Positions 17,522-26,757 of a stretch of DNA of 51,448 nt are shown in pieces. The position numbers were made by a program, and so were the translations under genes. Source of the DNA: an uncultured Bacillales bacterium (GTDB lineage Bacteria > Bacillota_I > Bacilli_A > RF39 > UBA660); assembly GCA_946615975.1 (NCBI GenBank), contig CAMOID010000003.1, positions 1 to 51,448 on the forward strand, written 5' to 3'. How positions within the stretch are numbered: position 1 is the stretch's first letter; every line of letters starts with the position of its first letter. The notes under the pieces were generated by a model. It ran no database searches and had not been told where the DNA came from. It saw nothing but the letters and a program-made list of their open reading frames with translations.

Positions 17522-18357
17522 TGAAAAAAGGTAAAATTATCGTTATCGAAGGAACAGATTGTAGTGGTAAAGAAACACAAAGTAAAATGTTAATTAATAG
17601 ATTAACTAGAAATGGTGAAAAAACACATTATTTGTGTTATCCAGATTATGAAACACCAACTGGTAAAATAATAGGTTTACCATACTTAGGTAAATCATAT
17701 ATTGCTGAAGACTTTATTAAAGCTACAAGAGAAAAAGTTATAGAAAGATTAGAAGAAAAAAATAAAGTAGTAGATGAATCTACAGTGGATACTATTATTG
17801 ATGCTGTAGCATCAGAATTTGGACATGGTTGGTTCCCTGAAGGAGCTCCACAAGTACCTGGAAAAATTGCTTCTTTATATTATGCTGCTGATCGTGCTTA
17901 TAATAAATATAAAATTGATGATTTAGTATCAAAAGGAGATAACGTTATACTTGATAGATATGTATATTCTAACTTTGCTCATCAAGGTGGAAAAATGGTT
18001 GATGAACAAGATAGAATTGATATGTATGAATGGTTATATGATTTAGAATTTAATAAAATGGGATTAAATGAACCTGATATTAAAATCTTCTTACATATGC
18101 CAACTGAATTTGCTGCATTATTAAAAGCATTAAGAGAAGAAAAATTAGATGAACATGAATTAAATGGTGATTATCTAAAAAGAGCAGAAAATGCATATAT
18201 TGAAGTAGCAAACAGATATGATTTTATTACAATAGAATGTGTAAGAGATATGAATGGACCTGTGTCTTTAGAAAACATAAAAACTAAAGAAGAAATAAGC
18301 GAAGAATTATATAAAATTGTTAGAGAAAAAATGGATCAAATAAAGTTGACTAAATAA
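17521..18357 (+). CDS. tmk: Thymidylate kinase-like protein (long form, 278 aa)
   Basis: IVIEGTDCSGKETQ P-loop and DRYVYSNFAHQG (DRY motif). Start ATG 17521 shares one nucleotide with the tdk stop (TAATG). There is an extra segment of about 60-70 aa between the P-loop and the DRY motif. Confidence 0.75.
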   Translation: MKKGKIIVIEGTDCSGKETQSKMLINRLTRNGEKTHYLCYPDYETPTGKIIGLPYLGKSYIAEDFIKATREKVIERLEEKNKVVDESTVDTIIDAVASEFGHGWFPEGAPQVPGKIASLYYAADRAYNKYKIDDLVSKGDNVILDRYVYSNFAHQGGKMVDEQDRIDMYEWLYDLEFNKMGLNEPDIKIFLHMPTEFAALLKALREEKLDEHELNGDYLKRAENAYIEVANRYDFITIECVRDMNGPVSLENIKTKEEISEELYKIVREKMDQIKLTK

Positions 18358-18371
18358 TAGTCAACTTTTTT
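18342..18371 (+). terminator. Rho-independent terminator
   Basis: GTTGACTA / TAGTCAAC, loop AATAA, then a T-run. Confidence 0.75.
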
Positions 18372-18403
18372 AAGTTTTACTTAACATTTTTAGTACATTT
18401 TGG

Positions 18404-18433
18404 TTGATAATATTGTATGTTTTATATTATAAT
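18404..18433 (+). promoter_or_regulatory. Candidate promoter of the T4SS operon
   Basis: TTGATA (18404-18409), 18-nt spacer, TATAAT (18428-18433). The AT-rich background makes this weak evidence. Confidence 0.3.
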
Positions 18434-18506
18434 TATTGTAGTGTATTATAGGGAAAACTAAAAATTAGTACCAATATATTTAAATATGACAATTGGAAGT
18501 GAGACT

Positions 18507-21188
18507 ATGTTATTAACCAGTGTTTTAAGTTGGGTTCAAACAGCTATTACAGAAGTATTTATGTTAGTATTCGATACTATTGTATATGGTATAGCAATTG
18601 CAGCTATATGTATTTTTAACGGTATTGCACGTATGGACTTTTTCTCAACAAAAGCCGGTGCATATATTTATTCAGATATTACTTATAGAGTGTATGGTAT
18701 TATTGGAATCATAATGATATTCTTCTTCACTTATCAATTGATAATGATGGTTATAAATCCTGATGGTAAAGAAGCTGGTGCTTCTTCTCAATTAGTAAAA
18801 AGACTTATTACTTCAATTATTATGATAGCTTTCTTCCCAACATTGTATCATTATATGGCAGTGTTCCAAGAACATGTATTAACTGAAGGTACAATATTTG
18901 GTATTGTTACAGGAACTGCTTCGGGTGGCGATTCTGATACGATGGGTAGAAATACAGCATTGATAGTTTATTTATCAATGTACCATCCAGTAGGTGGTGG
19001 ATATCAGTCACTGGTTGAAAATGCTGCTGATGAAAATGGTAATATTGTATTAAAAACGGCGGAAGAATGTGTGAAAGATAGTAATGCTTCTTTAGATACC
19101 TGTAAATTGTGGGTTGAAGCTGTTGATAATTTTGTAAATAAAAAGGAAAATGGTATTCTTGGTGGAATAACAGCATTTACTTTGAATTGGTCTTTGACTG
19201 AAACGATTTTTGAAGATGATGGTAGTGAATATTACTATGTAGTCATTGTTATATGTGGTGCTGTATTAGCATGGTTCTATATTTCGTATGCTATTGATTT
19301 AGGATATCGTACTGTTAAACTTGGATTCTTACAAATTATAAGTCCTGCTCCATTGGTAATTAGAATATTTGAAGGACCTGGTGGAGTAATGAAGAGTTCG
19401 AATGTATATGGCAAATGGAGACATCAATTGTTTGTTACATATGTTGAAGTCTTTGCAAGAGTTGCTATTGTTGCATTTGTAATTACTTTAATTCAATATG
19501 TTCCGATAATTGTGGCTGGTTTATTTGAAAATTTACTTATGAGTAGAGCATACATTGGCTTTGCTGTTGTAGCATTAATCTTTGGTATTTTTAAATTTGG
19601 AAAAGAATTACCAAAACTTGCTAAAGACTTATTCAATACAGGATCTGGTATATTTGATAACATTAATTGGAAACCAGGAGTTGGTCACAGACTTAAAGCT
19701 GGTACAGATGAAGTTGTTGGATTTGCGAAGAAAGCCGGTACATGGGCTGCTTCTAAAGTTATAAAAGGAGCTGCTACAGTAGGTGGTATTAAGAAAGTTG
19801 TAAGAGGAGTTAAAGGTGCTGCTGAAGGTATTAAGTTAGGCGCTGAAGCATTTAAGAAAGCAAATGGTTCTGCTAAAGGAACAAGTGCTAAAATTGGACA
19901 AGCTGTTGCAGGAGCTAAAGGTGCTGCAGCTGCATGGAATGCTTCTAAGAATATTTCTACCAAGACTCCATGGAATATAGCAAGACAAATAATGAATTCT
20001 GCATCATCAAATGCAGGTGGTTCTGTTAAAGCTCAATCTTTAGGTGAAATCGTTATGGATGGAGCTGACAAACTTGTTAATGGTGGAACAATGAATGCTA
20101 ACCAATTAAAAGTTGGTGAACTTGTTGCAGATAATAAAAAGATGGTTAATGGTGTTGATGACGAATTAGGAATCAGTGATAAAATTAAAAAGATTAAAGA
20201 ACGTGGACAACAAGCAGAAGCTGCATTCTACGCAGGCGGTGGAAAACCTGTTAAAGGTGCTAAACTTAATAGTAAGGGTGAAGCGATTGGCGATATTGAA
20301 TTTAGTTCATCAGATGAATTAAGAAAATATTACAAGGATATGGAAAAACAAGCTTACTTAGATACATTTAGAGAAAGACTTAATGAAGGTGTAGAAAGCA
20401 GAAACTTTGATGGCTTACTTAAAGCTTTAACTGGATCTGGTTTTGACACTTTAAGTGGCATTCAAGCTTTAGACTTACCAGATGGTTCTAAGGAAGCATA
20501 TGCTAAGAAGATATCAAGCAACTTTGATAGTTCATCTATTGAAAAAATTAATGAATTACTTGGTACTAGTTTTGATCCTGAAATGGCACTTCCAAAGATT
20601 AAAGCTCATAACAAAGAAATAGATTTAAAAAATAAAGATTTAGAAGCTGAAATTGCTGAATTAGGAAATGCAACGGTTGAGTCATTAACTGCTGCAATTA
20701 ATGAAGCTAAAGCTTCGGGCATGAAAAATTTCCAAGGACATGCTATTGGTGATAATATTAATGTTTCAGCTATGGCTAATCAAATATTTAATGATAATCA
20801 AACACGTATTGCTGAAAAGCAAGCACAAATTGAAACTAACAATTCAGGTAGAATTGATGAAAGCAATGCTGTTCACTTGTCTATGGATGATATTAATACA
20901 TTAGTTTCTAAAATTGGAAATAATGCTAAAAATGTATTCACAATTCCAGATAAGATTGAAATTAAAGATGGAGCTGGAAATCTTGTTTTAGATGCAGATG
21001 GAAAACCTGCTACAAGAGATCTTACTCCGGATGAAAAAAATCAAATGTTAGAACAAAATACTCAATTAATTAAAGATATAAGAGATATGATTAATACAAT
21101 GAGTTCTAATGGCGCTAGAGATATTCTAAGAGAATTCGAAGCTCCAAAAAATGAAAAATCAGATAATAAAGGCGATGCGAAAGCATAG
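18507..21188 (+). CDS. VirB6/TrbL-like polytopic T4SS channel protein (ConG/TcpH/Orf15 analogue) with a long soluble C-terminal region
   Basis: The N-terminal ~380 aa hold at least 6 hydrophobic helices separated by a large loop. The C-terminal ~500 aa are Lys/Ala/Gly-rich and coiled-coil-like. The gene is first in a VirB4/VirD4 cluster. Start set at ATG 18507, behind GGAAGTGAG. Confidence 0.7.
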   Translation: MLLTSVLSWVQTAITEVFMLVFDTIVYGIAIAAICIFNGIARMDFFSTKAGAYIYSDITYRVYGIIGIIMIFFFTYQLIMMVINPDGKEAGASSQLVKRLITSIIMIAFFPTLYHYMAVFQEHVLTEGTIFGIVTGTASGGDSDTMGRNTALIVYLSMYHPVGGGYQSLVENAADENGNIVLKTAEECVKDSNASLDTCKLWVEAVDNFVNKKENGILGGITAFTLNWSLTETIFEDDGSEYYYVVIVICGAVLAWFYISYAIDLGYRTVKLGFLQIISPAPLVIRIFEGPGGVMKSSNVYGKWRHQLFVTYVEVFARVAIVAFVITLIQYVPIIVAGLFENLLMSRAYIGFAVVALIFGIFKFGKELPKLAKDLFNTGSGIFDNINWKPGVGHRLKAGTDEVVGFAKKAGTWAASKVIKGAATVGGIKKVVRGVKGAAEGIKLGAEAFKKANGSAKGTSAKIGQAVAGAKGAAAAWNASKNISTKTPWNIARQIMNSASSNAGGSVKAQSLGEIVMDGADKLVNGGTMNANQLKVGELVADNKKMVNGVDDELGISDKIKKIKERGQQAEAAFYAGGGKPVKGAKLNSKGEAIGDIEFSSSDELRKYYKDMEKQAYLDTFRERLNEGVESRNFDGLLKALTGSGFDTLSGIQALDLPDGSKEAYAKKISSNFDSSSIEKINELLGTSFDPEMALPKIKAHNKEIDLKNKDLEAEIAELGNATVESLTAAINEAKASGMKNFQGHAIGDNINVSAMANQIFNDNQTRIAEKQAQIETNNSGRIDESNAVHLSMDDINTLVSKIGNNAKNVFTIPDKIEIKDGAGNLVLDADGKPATRDLTPDEKNQMLEQNTQLIKDIRDMINTMSSNGARDILREFEAPKNEKSDNKGDAKA

Positions 21189-21217
21189 TTAAATAGAATA
21201 AAAAGGAAGATGATGAT

Positions 21218-21535
21218 ATGGATCGATATTTAATTCCTGCAAACTCTAAAAGATCAATGCTGATCTTAAGTTTGTTTGCTCCAATTGATTTAGTTATTGC
21301 TGGTGTTGGTGGATTTATTACGGTAATCTTATTAATGATTATCAATATTGAAACCACTACAGACATTTTAATAGTTTTGACTCCGGTATTAATTTCATCT
21401 GCGATGGTAATACCGGTTCCAAATCATCGAAATGTTTGGCAATTAACTGCAAATGTTTTGTATTATTTTACAAATCAAAGAAAATATAGATGGAGAGGTT
21501 GGTGTATGTTACGTGGCAAAGAAGGAGAAGAATAG
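21218..21535 (+). CDS. PrgI/VirB3-like small two-TM T4SS protein
   Basis: 105 aa with two hydrophobic helices, located immediately upstream of the VirB4 ATPase, as PrgI-type proteins are in enterococcal and clostridial systems. Confidence 0.6.
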   Translation: MDRYLIPANSKRSMLILSLFAPIDLVIAGVGGFITVILLMIINIETTTDILIVLTPVLISSAMVIPVPNHRNVWQLTANVLYYFTNQRKYRWRGWCMLRGKEGEE

Positions 21536-22109
21536 TGCTCAATCTGCTAAAACTACTGAAGATTGGTTACCAATAATAGATATTAAAGGTAGCTATATTG
21601 AAGTAAAAGGTGCAAATGCACTAGAAGGTAATCAATATGTTACAGGAGTTAGAGTAGAACCAAAAAATATATTTATATTAGATGAAATAGTTCAAAGACA
21701 AACTATTAATGGATTAACTAATTTCTATAATACATTAGATTTTGAATTCTGGTTAATGTGCTGTGATAGACCTGTTGATATTAATTTATATAAATCTCAA
21801 CTAGAAATAATGTATTCAGAAGCTACTAGCCAACAACAAAGAAAATTAATAACAGAAGATATTAGAAAAGCAGATAAATTCATAGGACCTGAAATAAATG
21901 CGGTTGATACTGAATTTTATATATTATTTAAAGCACCAGTTAAACAAACAGAATTAATTCAAAAGAGAATTTCAAATATGATTTCTGGTTTAGCAAGTGC
22001 TGGGTTAAATTGTAGACAAATAACAGAAGAAGATATTAGAGTTTTATTAGATAGTATTTTTAATGATAGTGAAAGAGTAGAATTTGGAACGGTGATGAGC
22101 GATGTCTAG
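21513..22109 (+). CDS. VirB4-family ATPase, N-terminal domain fragment (separate ORF)
   Basis: TEDWLPIIDIKGSYIEVKGAN...VTGVRVEPKNIFILDE...FYNTLDFEFWLM matches the N-terminal domain of Gram-positive VirB4 proteins (PrgJ/TcpF/Orf16 type). The start is uncertain: GTG 21513 or ATG 21453. Confidence 0.65.
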   Translation: MAKKEKNSAQSAKTTEDWLPIIDIKGSYIEVKGANALEGNQYVTGVRVEPKNIFILDEIVQRQTINGLTNFYNTLDFEFWLMCCDRPVDINLYKSQLEIMYSEATSQQQRKLITEDIRKADKFIGPEINAVDTEFYILFKAPVKQTELIQKRISNMISGLASAGLNCRQITEEDIRVLLDSIFNDSERVEFGTVMSDV

Positions 22110-23895
22110 AAGTACAATGAAAAGCGAAATAGCACCTAAAGGGTTGAATTTTAAAATTAAAGAATTTGATATTGGTGGTAAATATGCTACTATCCTTACA
22201 GTATTAGAGTTTCCTAAAGAAATTGGTACTGGATATTTAAGTAATTTATCTTCAATACCTGGAGTTAAAGTTATTGTTAAACATACTCCAATCGAATTCT
22301 CAACAATGTCTAAAACTATCAATAAAGAAATAGCTGAATTAAAAACTGAATATCAAAAAGAAAACGATTTAACATTAAAAGAAAGATTAAGATTAGACTA
22401 TGAATCTATGGAACAATTTGTTCAAATGTTAGCTGCAACTGGATCAAAGATATTTGACTTCCAATTACATGTAATGATTACAGCTGATACTCAAGATGAA
22501 TTAGATTCAAGAAAAGTTGAAATTAAAAATTACATGATGGGTATTGGATTACGTGCTATACCTATGATGTTTGAACAAGAAAAAGTATTAAAGAGTATGA
22601 TACCTATCTTCCCTAAACAAGATGTAGAAGATAGAATTGGTATACCTGTTCCAGCACCTACATGTGCTGCTATGTATCCATTTGTATTCGATAGTATTAA
22701 AGACCCTGGATTATCAAGTTTATTAGGTATTGATTTTTCAGGTGGTGTAGTATTATTTAATCAATTTGCTTATCAACAAAGAAGTAGTGATAACAGACAT
22801 AATGCTAATATGATTATTTTAGGTACATCTGGTAGTGGTAAATCTACTGCTGCTAAGTTATTACTTAGAGGACATATTAGAAATGGATATCAAATTGTTT
22901 GTATCGATCCTGAAGGTGAATTAGAATTCATGGCTCAAAAGAATGAAGGATCATTCATTGATTTAGGTAAAGGTGGATCATATGGTATGATCAACCCATT
23001 AGAAATTGTTACAGATACAGATGAAGATACTCCTGGTGCAACTGCTGGTACTGCAGTACTTGCAAGCGCATTACAATCATTAAAAGCATTTATGAAATAT
23101 TATTCTCCAGAAATTGAAGATGATGTTTTACAAATGTTCAGTGAAGTAGTACAAGAAACATATAAGAGATTTGGTATCGATTTTGATACTAATTTCGAAA
23201 CTTTCCAACCTGAAAGCTTCCCAGTATTTGATGATGTTTACTCAACAATTAAAGGTAAATTATTATCAATGCCTGAAGCTACTCGTGAAAGAGATGTAAT
23301 GGAAAGACTTGAATTAAGAGTTAGACCATTCGTTAATGAATTAAGATATTATTTCAATGGTCATACAACTATTAATCCTGATACAAACTTTATTGTATTT
23401 AGTATTAAGAATGTTATGAACAGTGATGAAAATATTAGAAATGCATTATTCTTCAACATATTAAAATATGCATGGAGTTTATGCTTAGATAGAAGTAAGA
23501 ATACTGTAATGATGGTTGATGAAGCACATATCTTATTACAAGGAAGTAATGAATTAGGTGCTGAATACTTAGCACAAATGCAAAGACGTGCTCGTAAGTA
23601 CAATACAGGTACAATTATCATTACTCAACAACCTACAGACTTTGCTGCAGATAAAGTTATCATGCATGGTAAAGCTATTTTCGATAATGCTGCTTACTAT
23701 TTAGTAATGGGATTAAAGAAACAAGCTGTAGAAGATTTAAGTAAATTAATAGACTTAAATGAAAATGAAAAAGAAAGCATTAAAACGTATACACAAGGTG
23801 AAGCGTTATTCGTATGTGGATCTAGAAGAATGCGTATTAATATAATTTTAACTCAAGATGAGTTAGATTCCTTCGGTTCTGGTGGAGGACTATAA
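22102..23895 (+). CDS. VirB4-family T4SS ATPase, middle and C-terminal ATPase domains
   Basis: Walker A ILGTSGSGKSTAAK, CIDPEGE, Walker B VMMVDEAHILL, RRARKYNTGTIIITQQPTDF. Start ATG 22102 overlaps the upstream stop (ATGTCTAG), with GGTGA 8 nt upstream. Confidence 0.88.
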   Translation: MSRSTMKSEIAPKGLNFKIKEFDIGGKYATILTVLEFPKEIGTGYLSNLSSIPGVKVIVKHTPIEFSTMSKTINKEIAELKTEYQKENDLTLKERLRLDYESMEQFVQMLAATGSKIFDFQLHVMITADTQDELDSRKVEIKNYMMGIGLRAIPMMFEQEKVLKSMIPIFPKQDVEDRIGIPVPAPTCAAMYPFVFDSIKDPGLSSLLGIDFSGGVVLFNQFAYQQRSSDNRHNANMIILGTSGSGKSTAAKLLLRGHIRNGYQIVCIDPEGELEFMAQKNEGSFIDLGKGGSYGMINPLEIVTDTDEDTPGATAGTAVLASALQSLKAFMKYYSPEIEDDVLQMFSEVVQETYKRFGIDFDTNFETFQPESFPVFDDVYSTIKGKLLSMPEATRERDVMERLELRVRPFVNELRYYFNGHTTINPDTNFIVFSIKNVMNSDENIRNALFFNILKYAWSLCLDRSKNTVMMVDEAHILLQGSNELGAEYLAQMQRRARKYNTGTIIITQQPTDFAADKVIMHGKAIFDNAAYYLVMGLKKQAVEDLSKLIDLNENEKESIKTYTQGEALFVCGSRRMRINIILTQDELDSFGSGGGL

Positions 23896-23913
23896 TATCT
23901 GCGAGGTGAGTTT

Positions 23914-26205
23914 ATGAGAAAAGGTAAAAATAATAAGATGTTATTGCTAAAAGATATTGCAAAAGTACTTTTAGCAATAACACTTTTTTCAGTTATAGTA
24001 TATGTTCCAGATAAGGTAAATGGAGCATCATTCGAATATAAAGATTTTGATTTTGATAAATTTCAAGCTAATAGAAATTTCTTCTGGGATGGAAATTGTA
24101 AAGAAGGAGATACTGAATGTAAAAATAAAGTATTAGAATCTCAAAAGAAATTTTATAAAAAGTTATATAAGACTTTAGCTGCTTATGATAAAAAACAAGA
24201 TAAAGCAGGAGATAGATTACATATTAATGATAATATTATTCTTGAAACTGTTTTCTTTGAATTAACACATGATGTATTTAAAGATGATGGTACAGATTAT
24301 GAAAATAAAGTTGGATCTAATGATCCTGGTTATTCAGTAAATGAAGAATCAGATGGATCTGGTGCTGCAGATATTGATTATTCAACAGTTCCTGAAGATT
24401 ATTTTGAAACTGAAACAGATACTCTAGAAACATTAGCAGATAATATGATTGCATATGAAACTATTTGTTGGGGTGATAGAGGACCTGCTACTGAAGAAAA
24501 AGATGATGAAGGTAATATTCATTATTCATGTCCTGAAGGTGGACAAGTATACAACAAAAAATGTGTTGATAAATTAAGCGATAATGAATTAGGTTTCTGG
24601 GAATATTTCGCATCTAAATTAATGCATGATACAGGATTAGGAAGACTAACTGGTCCAATATTCTTCTTAGGAAAAGCTGTAGATGATCAAGCTTACTATG
24701 ATTGCAAGGCAGTAGAAGGATATGCAGATGGTACTAGATACGAATATACAGATGATAGATATGTAAGTACAGATAGATATTTTGATTTCTTAAAAGATAA
24801 TCTATATTTTGATAAAAAAGCTCATTTACAAAAATTCTTTAGAAAAGATGTATTAGAAAAAGCAACTGAAAAATATGGAACTCCAGTTAAGTGTATGACA
24901 TCTAATATATGTGATGAATCACTTGAAGCAATTGATGGAGGATATGAAGAATTCTATGGAAATATAGTTGCTGATAGATTAGATATTATTGAGTATATTA
25001 TTTCTAATTTAAGACAATATGGAATAGATATACATTATATGGATGATTTTAATTCGGATTTAAATGATATAACTAATACTCAACAAAGAAAGAGTTTCTA
25101 CTGGCCAATTGGTAGCAATGAAACTGAAGAAAGAAATGGAAGAGTATTTGCTGATAAAGATCCAGCAAGTACTGAAATTATTAGACAATTCGGAACTAAT
25201 GCAAATCCAAGAACTGGAGAAATGCAAATGCATTATGGTATAGATATTGCTGGTGTAGAAGGTTCTACAAATGTTATATCTGTATACTCTGGTACAGTTT
25301 ATTCGGTATATAGTTCATGTACTAAAGGTGATTATACTTGTAATGAAGGATATGGTAATATGATTATCATTTCTCATCCAAATGGAGATTATTCAGTATA
25401 CGCACATTTAGCATCAATTGAATCATATATTGTTACTGGATATGATGTTGTTAAAGGTGAAGTAATTGGTAAAGTAGGAGCAACAGGTGATGTTGATACT
25501 TCTAAACCATGTTTACATTATGAATTAAGAGTAGGTGGTAATTCAGTAGATAATGCTCAAAATCCAGAAGATAATACTGACCCAAGTGATCCAAGACCTA
25601 CAATTCCATCTGGAGATTTCTCAGTTCATGAAACTTCATTAACAAAAGAACAATTCTGTTCTGGATTAAGAAATTATTGTAATAATCATGAATGTGGTTC
25701 ATTCTCAGTAAATTGTGAAACAGTATATGATTCATCAATTGATAATAATGTTAACCCTGAATTAGTTGTTGCAAGAGCTATGTGTGAAGGATTCTCACCT
25801 GGTGGTTCTACATATAATTATTGGGGTATTGGATGTTCTAATACTGGTGGTGGTAGAGACTGCCATTCATATTCAAGTTTATCTGATGGTATTCGTGGTT
25901 TTGCATCAGTTGTAGCTAAATATAATACCGCAAGCGATATGATGAAGAAATATGCTTATATTGGAGCATATTGGTATAATCCTGGTTCTTGGCCAACAGG
26001 TGGATGTATTTACTTTAATTACATTAAACAATATATGAGTAATGGTAGACAATCTACTGTAACTAATGTATGTAATAGTGGTAATTATTGTGATACAGCA
26101 GGTGGTGTTTGTACACCAACTACTGATGAAGACCAAACTGCATATGCTACATGGCAAGTTGCAAATAAGATGGGTCCAATTAGAGCTAATATATGGGGAT
26201 TATAG
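23914..26205 (+). CDS. Secreted or anchored cell-wall hydrolase: M23 (LytM) peptidase domain plus a C-terminal glucosaminidase/muramidase-like domain
   Basis: N-terminal anchor helix. M23 motifs HYGIDIAG, GNMIIISHPNGDYSVYAHL and LHYELRVGG. The C-terminal ELVVARAMCEGFSPGGSTYNYWGIGC resembles the FlgJ/LytD-type glucosaminidase catalytic region. RBS GAGGTGA. Confidence 0.8.
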   Translation: MRKGKNNKMLLLKDIAKVLLAITLFSVIVYVPDKVNGASFEYKDFDFDKFQANRNFFWDGNCKEGDTECKNKVLESQKKFYKKLYKTLAAYDKKQDKAGDRLHINDNIILETVFFELTHDVFKDDGTDYENKVGSNDPGYSVNEESDGSGAADIDYSTVPEDYFETETDTLETLADNMIAYETICWGDRGPATEEKDDEGNIHYSCPEGGQVYNKKCVDKLSDNELGFWEYFASKLMHDTGLGRLTGPIFFLGKAVDDQAYYDCKAVEGYADGTRYEYTDDRYVSTDRYFDFLKDNLYFDKKAHLQKFFRKDVLEKATEKYGTPVKCMTSNICDESLEAIDGGYEEFYGNIVADRLDIIEYIISNLRQYGIDIHYMDDFNSDLNDITNTQQRKSFYWPIGSNETEERNGRVFADKDPASTEIIRQFGTNANPRTGEMQMHYGIDIAGVEGSTNVISVYSGTVYSVYSSCTKGDYTCNEGYGNMIIISHPNGDYSVYAHLASIESYIVTGYDVVKGEVIGKVGATGDVDTSKPCLHYELRVGGNSVDNAQNPEDNTDPSDPRPTIPSGDFSVHETSLTKEQFCSGLRNYCNNHECGSFSVNCETVYDSSIDNNVNPELVVARAMCEGFSPGGSTYNYWGIGCSNTGGGRDCHSYSSLSDGIRGFASVVAKYNTASDMMKKYAYIGAYWYNPGSWPTGGCIYFNYIKQYMSNGRQSTVTNVCNSGNYCDTAGGVCTPTTDEDQTAYATWQVANKMGPIRANIWGL

Positions 26206-26214
26206 GAGGATAAT

Positions 26215-26757
26215 ATGAGTAGAAGAAAATTAAATGATTCAGAAAAAAAAGTATTATCTTTTTGGGTTATCCTTGCTATTGTAATTATTTCAGGATTACT
26301 AGTTTTTAAACTAGTAGCTCCTGAAAAATTTGATAAATTTTTTGGACTAGGTGAATATGATAGAAAGTATACACTTGTAAAAGATAGAACACGTTATTAT
26401 ACTGTATCAAATGCACTTGTTAAATATTATTCATATTTAAATGAAAAAAATAGTGAAGCAATTTTTAACATTTATAATGATACATATAAAACTAACAAAG
26501 GAATAACAAGTCCTTCAAATATTAGTTTTTCTGATGATGCTGAAAAACAAAATTTAACATTTAATACTAGATTAATGTGCAAGAAAAAACTTGATAAAGG
26601 TATTTATAGTTTCTATGTAACAGGATTTGAATCAAAAGCAAATGTATCTGGTAGATTAGATAATAAATACTATGAAGTAATTTTAGATGATAATCAATTT
26701 GTATTTAGTATTCAACCAATAGATGAAAAATCATTTGGAGGTGAATGCCATGAGTAG
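26215..26757 (+). CDS. N-terminally TM-anchored T4SS accessory protein (VirB8-like candidate)
   Basis: One TM helix (FWVILAIVIISGLLVF), then ~140 aa arranged as helices followed by beta strands. RBS AGGAGGA. Confidence 0.45.
   Translation: MSRRKLNDSEKKVLSFWVILAIVIISGLLVFKLVAPEKFDKFFGLGEYDRKYTLVKDRTRYYTVSNALVKYYSYLNEKNSEAIFNIYNDTYKTNKGITSPSNISFSDDAEKQNLTFNTRLMCKKKLDKGIYSFYVTGFESKANVSGRLDNKYYEVILDDNQFVFSIQPIDEKSFGGECHE

Noticed and set aside
18387-18472. Possible oriT-like structure upstream of the T4SS operon: TTAGTAC direct 7-mers at about 18389 and 18465, and the small CTAA-AAA-TTAG inverted repeat.
   Set aside because: The repeats are short and AT-rich and have no extended inverted repeat or nick-site-like motif. 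This is not distinguishable from chance by eye.
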